A stretch of DNA of 6,194 nucleotides from the NCBI GenBank assembly GCA_001179505.1, contig CDMY01001016.1, positions 1 to 6,194 on the forward strand, written 5' to 3'. Of this stretch, positions 1 through 6,194 are shown piece after piece (the first letter of the stretch is position 1; the number at the start of each line of letters is the position of its first letter). The translations under genes were made by a program, and so were the position numbers. The notes below the pieces were generated by a model. That model had not been told where the DNA came from. It ran no database searches and saw only the letters and a program-made list of their open reading frames with translations. The DNA is from Vitrella brassicaformis CCMP3155 (Eukaryota; Protista; Chromerida).

Positions 1-140
1 AAAAGCACCTCGTCTGTTTCTTTCTCGATGATCTCGCTGACCGCCAACACCTCATGCTGAGCGCTCGACAGCAACGACAAGCAAAAGAGAGGGGGAGTTA
101 GAGCGGAGACCGAGTTACACGTGCGAGATCTACGAGACAT
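1..140 (-). CDS. Probable 5' end of a divergently transcribed gene running off the window: exon 140-121, intron 120-64, exon 63-<1; MSRRSRTAQHEVLAVSEIIEKETDEVL...
   Basis: ATG at 140 (-). A 20-nt exon is followed by a 57-nt GT..AG intron with a CTAAC branch-like site and a pyrimidine tract. Splicing restores a frame with coding-like codons (GAG GTG TTG GCG GTC AGC GAG ATC ATC GAG). The acceptor is GAG rather than YAG, and the product is not recognised. Confidence 0.4.
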   Translation of the reverse strand, partial: MSRRSRTCNSVSALTPPLFCLSLLSSAQHEVLAVSEIIEKETDEVL

Positions 141-241
141 GACTTGTGATGCGCGTGTTCGTCACATTCCTACTCGCTACCCCGAGCTACTGCTGATACT
201 CCAACTGTTGGTTTCGCCAGTTGGTGACGGAGGAGGGGTGC

Positions 242-950
242 ATGGGCAAAGCTTCGGCTGAAAGGAAGAAGGAGAAACGTCGAGCGGCGAAGCAGGGGCC
301 ATCGGCGCTCAGCAGACTACTCAGCGGGCTCACTGAGGCCTTCAAAAGTATACAAACGGAACATCACGGGATGGAGGAGCTCTCTGCAATGCCTGCTGTC
401 TGCCTTGCTGACAGATCCGTGTGTGCGATACCCCTGCTATCTGGTTCTACTCGCTCTGTGGCTAGTTGGCGTCCGCTCCATCGGCGCACCGTAAGCCACG
501 TGGCGCGTGTGAGAGGGAATTGCGTGGTGTGTGTGTGTGTGTGCAGGTTTCTGATCCTGTCCATCATAGCGGGTATGTTTATCAACTTGGGCAGTCGGCA
601 GGGGTATCTATCAGCCTACTCCATCTTCAACCCAAACCAACGGAGCCTTCTCGGCGATCTGAGGGCAGAGCAACTCGAGGCCGAGCTGCGCAAAGGTCAA
701 AAGGAGCAACACACTTACAAGCAATGGACGGACGTCTACTGATCATTGCATCTCTGCAGGTCAGGGAGCGTCTATCGAGGCGGCCGACGACAGCAACCTG
801 ATTGACTTGCCGCAGCAGCATGTGGCATGTGGGGAGCTTCCAGCCCGCATGAGCAAGGCCGCAAACAAGCCGTGTCCTTGCGGCTCTGGCAAGAAATATA
901 AGCGGTGCTGCGCGGTGAATGGGAGAAACGAAGGCGATGAATGGGACTGA
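242..950 (+). CDS. SAYSD1: SAYSvFN-domain (SAYSD1-like) membrane protein with a C-terminal SEC-C motif; exons 242-347, 415-490, 547-695, 760-950; 173 aa
   Basis: Three GT-AG introns (348-414, 67 nt; 491-546, 56 nt; 696-759, 64 nt) are phase-consistent. Spliced protein: MGKASAERKKEKRRAAKQGPSALSRLLSGLTEAFKNPCVRYPCYLVLLALWLVGVRSIGAPFLILSIIAGMFINLGSRQGYLSAYSIFNPNQRSLLGDLRAEQLEAELRKGQGASIEAADDSNLIDLPQQHVACGELPARMSKAANKPCPCGSGKKYKRCCAVNGRNEGDEWD*. A hydrophobic hairpin followed by NLG..SAYSIFNP..L.G.L.AEQLE.EL matches the SAYSvFN family signature (PF10260) as I recall it. Confidence 0.9.
527..544 (+). repeat. (GT)n microsatellite at the 3' end of SAYSD1 intron 2
   Basis: gtgtgtgtgtgtgtgtg directly before the CAG acceptor at 544-546. 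Confidence 0.85.
864..911 (+). other. SEC-C (SecA C-terminal type) Cys4 metal-binding motif NKPCPCGSGKKYKRCC, in exon 4 of the SAYSD1-like gene
   Basis: Direct translation: AAC AAG CCG TGT CCT TGC GGC TCT GGC AAG AAA TAT AAG CGG TGC TGC. Near-perfect match to the SEC-C consensus N.PCPCGSGKKYK.C(C/H) (PF02810). Confidence 0.93.
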
Positions 951-1373
951 CCATTCATTGGCCTGCCGATTGGCCCTACGGCCCCTGACGGTGTGTGTAG
1001 AGGGACGGGGCTGTGGGGTGGGATGATGTGAGACGACCTGGGCTGTTTGACTACGTGGGGGAATGTACAGATGACAACTCTCGCACTGTCGAACTTCGGG
1101 CATCTCAATTCGCTGGACATTGTGTGGTATCTGGATGCGTACGTACATGCGTACGCGTATCCATCCATCGCATGCGTGCAGACACACATACCTGACGTGC
1201 CTGACGATCGAAGGATGTGGATGAGGCAGTCAGTCAGCCAGCTGGGGGATCGATGGGATATCAGTCAGTCAGTCATCCACTCACTCACCCACTCATCGTC
1301 CTTGGGCAGCAGATACTCATTCGTCGAACCGACAAACACATCACCTCACCACCACAACTCCCGTCAATTATGT

Positions 1374-1412
1374 CCTGTCTGTCTATCTGTCTGTCTGTCT
1401 GTGTGTCTGTGT
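1374..1412. repeat. (CTGT)n/(GT)n simple repeat between the convergent genes
   Basis: ctgtctgtctatctgtctgtctgtctgtgtgtctgtgtgtg. Confidence 0.8.
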
Positions 1413-1452
1413 GTGCATGTATGTCTCAGCGTCGCCTTCGCCTGCCAGCATC

Positions 1453-4400
1453 TCAGATGGGTGCTTCCTTGCTCTTGTTCTTCTTCTTCACGACACTCTT
1501 GAAAGCGCCTGTGATCGATGCTGTCCGCGATTTCTTCTTCCCGCTCTCTTGGCCAGACCCTGGCAGCTCCGCCACTGTGTCCCCTTGTTCCTGCTCCTCT
1601 CCCTCCTCCTCCTCCTCCTCCTTCTTCTTCTTCCTCTTTTTCTCCTTTTTCTCCTCGTCCTTGCGGAGTTTTGCGTCTGCTTTCTCTTGTTTTTCGGTCC
1701 ATTTTTTTTGCTCTTTGTACTTCTTCTCGGTCAGATCGGTAAAGAGAGCTACCGATGCGCTGCACCCAGGCATAGATGTCCATATCAACACCACACATAG
1801 AGTCATGCATACCATGCGCACCATGACACCTGACTGAATGTCCATGCAGGCAGGCCTACCCTCTCTCTTTGAGGAGGTTGCTGAGTTTCTCAAAAAACCC
1901 TTTGAGGAGATGTGTCTTGAACACGTTGATGAGTGGCTTGAGGTACTTCCACTCCGCTCCACTGACACTCCGCCTGTCACTCAGTCGACCGACCGACAGA
2001 CAGACACACAGACGGAGATGCGGCTCATGATTAGAGGCCATGCATATCTTACCAGTCGAGATGAGATTTTTCTTTCTCTGACAAGCTGCCCAAAGTGATC
2101 TCGAAGTTCCTGGCCTCTGTGTTGGTCGGGTGCAGCACAGCTGCGCCCGAACAGACAGAGAGAAAAAGGCAGGGAGGGGGAGACCAGGATACATAAAAAT
2201 GGTGTATCCCTCTCCCTCTCCCTCTCCCTCTCTGCGCTTGTACTGTGTTGCGATGCATACCGTAATCATGGAGGATGACTTTGAACAACTGATCTGCCTC
2301 CTGTTTCATGCAGAATTACGTTTGTTCCATGAATGTTGTGTCTATGTGTGATCTTACCTCGAGAAGCTCTCTGGTAGAGAGTGCGAGTTGCTCGGGGATT
2401 TCTGTTGCATGAGGGCCCCATGCCACACCCTTGCTGCCTTTGGTATACATGTCGAGACGGTACAGTGGGGTCTCGTCGACGGTGAAGGCATGTCTATGTT
2501 TCTTCGAAACGTCTAGGGTCATCTTGTCCCTCACCTCGAAGATGTTGAACTGCATCCTATCCCATTCATCAGCCCACTGACAGACAGACAGACAGACAGA
2601 CCCTGCCGGATTGGACTGCAGAGTGGGGTGGCTGGCAGGCTGGCTTACCCTGTGTAGCTGATCATTCAGCGCTTGCCTCAAAACAACAGGGTGCCATTCC
2701 TCTTCCTTCAAATAGATCGAGGCATGGCATGCACGGCGGACAGACAGACAGACAGACAGACAGACGTGGGTGTGCGACAAAGACTGGCTGAGCAAAGACT
2801 GACTGGACACCAGTATTTGCTTATCTATCTTCCTAAGTAGAGCGGATTTAGCCTCTTTCCAATCCATCGGAAGTCTCGAAAGCGCCTCGTCAGTGTAGGC
2901 GTTGATCGACTGCCATGCTTTGGGCGAGAACAAGCCAGCCGGCTGAACATTCAGGAAGGGACCGGTGGCCGTAAAGACGTACAGGTGTGAATAGGTGTCT
3001 CGTTCAAATTGCCTGCCTCGTTGCCTAGCTCTTTGTTGTCGGCCGACAGGGAAGTGAACAGAAGTGCGTGAAGGACACACGGATCTGAACGAACGAAAGA
3101 GAAGCATCTCGCTTCAGACGAGGACAGACAGATGGACAGGCGCAGCACCTGTTGGCGACTTTGGTTTGACCTGCAGACAGACAGACAGACAGACAGGTAA
3201 GCAGGCATTGACCATTCGACAAGTCAGTGTTGCAGTGGATTGACTGACGTGCGTGTCTTACCTCCAGCTGCTGAAACTCCGTGGAGTGGTCCATCAAGGC
3301 GAAGAGCAGCATGATCAAGGACTTGAGACGAGCTGCAGACAACAGCAGCAGCAGCAACAAAAATGACCGGAGAGAGCCAAGAGACACAAGTTACCAAAAG
3401 CCCCGTATGCTTCGAGGGCCACGAGGGGCCGTTGCCAGGAGTAATTGAGGTGGATCTGCGTTCATGACAGCCAGATGCAAGCTCGTGTTGTGATGTGATG
3501 TGACCTTTGACAAGTCTTTCCACTCCTTGTCCCAAATTTGGAAAGACTTTCCGTAGTAGTCCAGCTTGCGGCGTACAAAGCCTGCAGATCGACGGCTTGC
3601 CGCTCTCTGTGTCCGTCAGACGCCGATGTGTGTGTGCATATGTGTGCTGACCAGCCACCCGACGGCCAACACCTTTACTCATGGGGTTTGATCCCGCCTC
3701 TCTGTATGTGTGTGCCATGTACCTACACATCACAGCCCAGCATTAGTTCGTTCGACCATACCGACGCGCCACAGCCGGCCCTACACTTCGAAGTACTCTG
3801 AAGAAACAGGGGACATACAGAAGTGTAGGGTCTCACATACACACGCGCGTACCTCCCATTATGTCGATCTGCAACAGACAAAGAGGCATGTCCTGTCGTG
3901 TCTGCCTCTTTGCTTTGATGTGACGCGTGGCCAACCAGTCTGTTGTTGAGTCTCCTGATGTTGGTCTCCTCCTTGGCCTCCTCTCCGATCTCTGCGGCTG
4001 TCACATGGTAGGCCGAAATCTTGCCCTCCTTGATGACCTGTGTCGCAAACTCGTGCTGTCGCAAGTCCTTGAAGGCCTCTCGCTCCAGCGCTATTTTGTG
4101 CTTGGTCTCGATCCTGTTCTTCGCCCACTTGACGAACCTATGAGAGAGTCACCAACCCCACAGACAGACACAGAGACTTGTGCTTGGTCCGCGAACCTTT
4201 TCTTCTCACCTCTCGCGCAGTGTTGCGAAGCTGTCGTGGAAGTATTTTCGGACGCTCTTTTTCCATGGAGGGTCGCTATCGACAGACGTCGGAGAAATAA
4301 CGCCATCCGCAAGCTCCTGTAGCCCAGTGATGAGTGTGCAGCCGATGGATGGGCAAGCACACAAGTGAATGCGCCGCCCATGTAGGTGGATACCTGTCCG

Positions 4401-5538
4401 TATTCAGCAAGCACGTCGACCAGCTGAAGAGAGAGATCCCGCCGCTGTGTCGCGAACTTTGCGTCTGGGACGGCCCAATATTCAATCTGTCAAAGGATGC
4501 GTATACGTATATGCAATATGGAGAGATGGGGAGAATGAGAGACGTGGATCGACCTCATAGACGGTGTCCAGCCATGCCGCTTCCTCCAAGTATTCGCTCA
4601 ACGTGCTGATGTATCTGTCCACCGCCTCGCGGTCAGAGTGGTCTGTGGATGCCGAGTGAAAGAGGCAGTGAATGCAGAATCCAGTCGTTGCTTCACGTAT
4701 GTCTCACCGCCCCAACCGCGGAGCCCGGGTTTGTCGATCGCCTCGGCAAAAATATCCCCCGGCTTCTGCCCCGTTTCCTCTTCCGTAGGGACTTCAAGGA
4801 CACTTTCAAGGACGTTGTCGATTCTCTTGCGCAGCGCCTTGAGGAATTTTGATGGCGGGGCCTTCTGAGGACTTTCCTGGCCGCCCGGGACCCACTCTGG
4901 GATGGAGAGCTCGCCGAAGAGGTAGTCGACCCAGCTGGCCGCCTTAGATCCCCAGCCTTTGGCTTCTCCTTCAGACTCAGCCTGGGCTTCCTTTTCGGCC
5001 TTCTCTTTCCCCGTCTGAAGCCCCTCCTGAAAATACTGATCTAGCGTGTAGTTGACCGCCTTCTTGCCCCAGCTCTTGCCAGTCTCCCACGCCTTCCAGC
5101 CGAGGGCTTTGCCAAGGTCCTTCCCCTTCTCATACACCTGGGCGGATAGGCAGCGTCATATGCGGTGAGATCATGTGTGTGTCGATGGATAAATCGACAT
5201 CCCGACACTCACCTCACGGCCAAGAGCCTGCACGCATACGAGAAATGTACAGACACTGCATACGAGAAATGTGTAGACCTGCTCACCCGTACAGCGCTAT
5301 CGATATATTCGGGAACGACCGCCATTGCAGAATCCGTTTGATTCTCCTTTTTTGGCATCCCCTCTTTTGGCTTCATGCCTTCGGCAACCCATCCTATCTC
5401 GGCCTTCCTGGACTGCCTCTTACTTGTCTGTGTCTGCTGCTTCGGCTCGGGTGTAGGACTGTCCCTATTTGCGATGAGGGATTCGGCAGAGAGCGGCAGC
5501 TGAGAAAGCAACACCAAGACGGCGAAGAAGGGAAACAT
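1453..5538 (-). CDS. Multi-exon gene (about 22 exons, about 847 aa): uncharacterised protein with predicted signal peptide and K/E-rich basic C-terminus
   Basis: Phase-consistent exon chain (-): 5538-5287, 5227-5213, 5137-4708, 4642-4554, 4486-4394, 4316-4210, 4137-3936, 3868-3853, 3797-3785, 3722-3652, 3581-3505, 3455-3395, 3332-3262, 3170-3149, 3084-3017, 2942-2811, 2705-2649, 2576-2358, 2300-2261, 2140-2053, 1973-1860, 1759-1453. Total 2544 nt with no internal stop; introns 49-120 nt. It begins MFPFFAVLVLLSQLPLSAES and ends ...KKKNKSKEAPI*. Junctions at 3679/3652, 3170-2943 and 2705 and the exact start are uncertain. No family recognised. Confidence 0.8.
1570..1720 (-). repeat. Low-complexity coding stretch (GAG/AAG repeats) giving poly-Lys/poly-Glu in the last exon of gene 2
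   Basis: (CTC)n and (TTC)n runs on the + strand; translation DEEKKEKKRKKKKEEEEEEGEEQEQ. Confidence 0.85.
2208..2233. repeat. (CCCTCT)4 intronic hexamer repeat
   Basis: ccctctccctctccctctccctct inside intron 2260-2141. Confidence 0.85.
2579..2601. repeat. (GACA)n intronic repeat next to the acceptor at 2577
   Basis: Read directly; forms a (TGTC)n tract before the CAG on the coding strand. Confidence 0.85.
2739..2765. repeat. (GACA)n intronic repeat
   Basis: Read directly, inside intron 2810-2706. Confidence 0.85.
3174..3196. repeat. (CAGA)n intronic repeat next to the acceptor at 3171
   Basis: Read directly; (CTGT)n tract before the microexon 3170-3149. Confidence 0.85.
5234..5281. repeat. 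24-nt-period tandem duplication inside intron 5286-5228
   Basis: gcatacgagaaatgt is identical at 5234-5248 and 5258-5272, followed by acagac/gtagac. Confidence 0.85.
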
Positions 5539-5626
5539 GGCGGTATCGTTGCCGCAGACGAGGGTCGGTGGATGTGCGATGAGGGAACCGGGAGAGAGCG
5601 GCAGCTGAGAAAGCAACACCAAGACG
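5470..5626. repeat. 52-bp direct repeat pair (5470-5521 and 5575-5626), 49/52 identical, 105-nt offset
   Basis: tgcgatgagggattcggcagagagcggcagctgagaaagcaacaccaagacg versus tgcgatgagggaaccgggagagagcggcagctgagaaagcaacaccaagacg. Confidence 0.95.
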
Positions 5627-6194
5627 AGAGACGAGGCCCCCACGCCCCCATTCCCCATCGCATGCAACCGTACACCTCCTTTGTAAATCCCTGGAGCCTG
5701 GGAAGGGCGCTGCAAAGCGAAAGAAGAAGGAGCGCATAGAGGGCTTAGTGGAAAGAGACAGGGGCGGCCGGAGAGGGGAGAGAAGGGCAGGGTGTTGGCG
5801 TCTGACACCACCCGTAGTAGCCCTAGTAAGAGCAGCGATGTGTCAGATGGGGGGGAAACTGTCATTAACCGTAACACTCGTCTGTGTGTCCGTGATACTC
5901 ATACAAATACAGTCCCATCAGCACGCAGAGTCAAACAGGCTCAAGGGGAGGAGGGATCAATCCCCGCCCCATCAGCACACCCCAGTCCCGCAAACCCTCC
6001 CCTCCCTCCCCCACGCAGACAGAAGCTAGTCGCACGCGCGAGGGCGATAGACAAGCGAGAGCGAATCCATCCAGACACATGACTGAACCCCCGACCCTTC
6101 CACCCCTCCTTCTCCAACAGCGCATGAGCCATGTGGGCGATGAACACGTTGGCATCGTGTCCCCACACACCGTCACACGTCACCACCAGAGGGC

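Noticed and set aside
221-742. 173-aa ORF taken as the complete SAYSD1 protein
   Set aside because: It includes two intron sequences (e.g. CVVCVCVC from the GT repeat), reads exon 2 in the wrong frame and misses the SEC-C exon.
1134-1163. Imperfect self-complementary stretch ggatgcgtacgtacatgcgtacgcgtatcc
   Set aside because: Short, built from alternating purine-pyrimidine low-complexity sequence; no ncRNA or terminator features.
627-1189. Minus-strand ORFs 627-1187, 761-1189 and 772-954
   Set aside because: They are antisense to the well-supported SAYSD1 exons 3-4 and show no recognisable motif; only the 1130-1038 part is retained, as an uncertain finding.
1047-2351. Plus-strand ORFs with poly-Ser/Phe/Leu/Pro (1047-1502, 1217-1837, 1411-1800, 1518-1742, 1838-2098, 2130-2351)
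   Set aside because: Antisense shadows of the K/E-rich exon of gene 2 and of simple repeats.
2316-3107. 263-aa uninterrupted ORF on the - strand
   Set aside because: It runs through two evident (CTGT)n introns that happen to be stop-free (VCLSVCLSV translations); only parts are exonic.
3538-4868. Plus-strand ORFs opposite gene 2 (3538-3801, 3710-3949, 3927-4322, 4180-4368, 4334-4609, 4369-4560, 4638-4868, 4649-4852)
   Set aside because: Antisense to coding exons; splice signals and codon usage favour the - strand.
5173-5739. Plus-strand 188-aa ORF with a repeated CDEGxGRERQLRKQHQD peptide
   Set aside because: It is the antisense reading of the 52-bp duplication; the - strand reading gives a signal peptide and joins the exon chain.
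5931-6194. Possible coding fragment at the right edge (- strand VWGHDANVFIAHMAHALLEKEGW, or a + strand acceptor at 6120)
   Set aside because: Strand is ambiguous, no recognisable homology, and it is truncated by the window; cannot be supported as a feature.
1-6194. Mobile elements, CRISPR arrays, rRNA/tRNA genes, prokaryotic operon features
   Set aside because: No transposase/RT motifs, terminal repeats, repeat-spacer arrays or structural RNA signatures seen; the SEC-C motif sits in a spliced eukaryotic gene, not a bacterial contaminant.

Overview
Intron-rich eukaryotic genomic DNA. Introns are short (about 50-120 nt) and full of (ACAG)n/(CTGT)n, (GT)n and (GTCA)n repeats, which resembles the chromerid alveolate Vitrella brassicaformis (inference from style only). 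The supplied ORF track is misleading because the genes are spliced. Manual splice reconstruction gives three genes. (1) A 4-exon + strand gene (242-950, 173 aa) encodes a SAYSvFN/SAYSD1-family membrane protein. Its last exon, absent from the ORF track, adds a bacterial SecA-type SEC-C metal-binding motif (NKPCPCGSGKKYKRCC); this is the most interesting signal in the window. (2) A convergent gene of about 22 exons on the - strand (5538-1453, about 847 aa) encodes an unrecognised protein with a signal peptide, four microexons, a duplicated signal-peptide/splice-acceptor segment and a K/E-rich basic tail. (3) The probable 5' end of a divergent gene lies about 100 nt upstream of gene 1. A further set of unexplained splice-like signals lies between the two convergent stop codons. 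No RNA genes, CRISPR arrays or mobile elements were seen.
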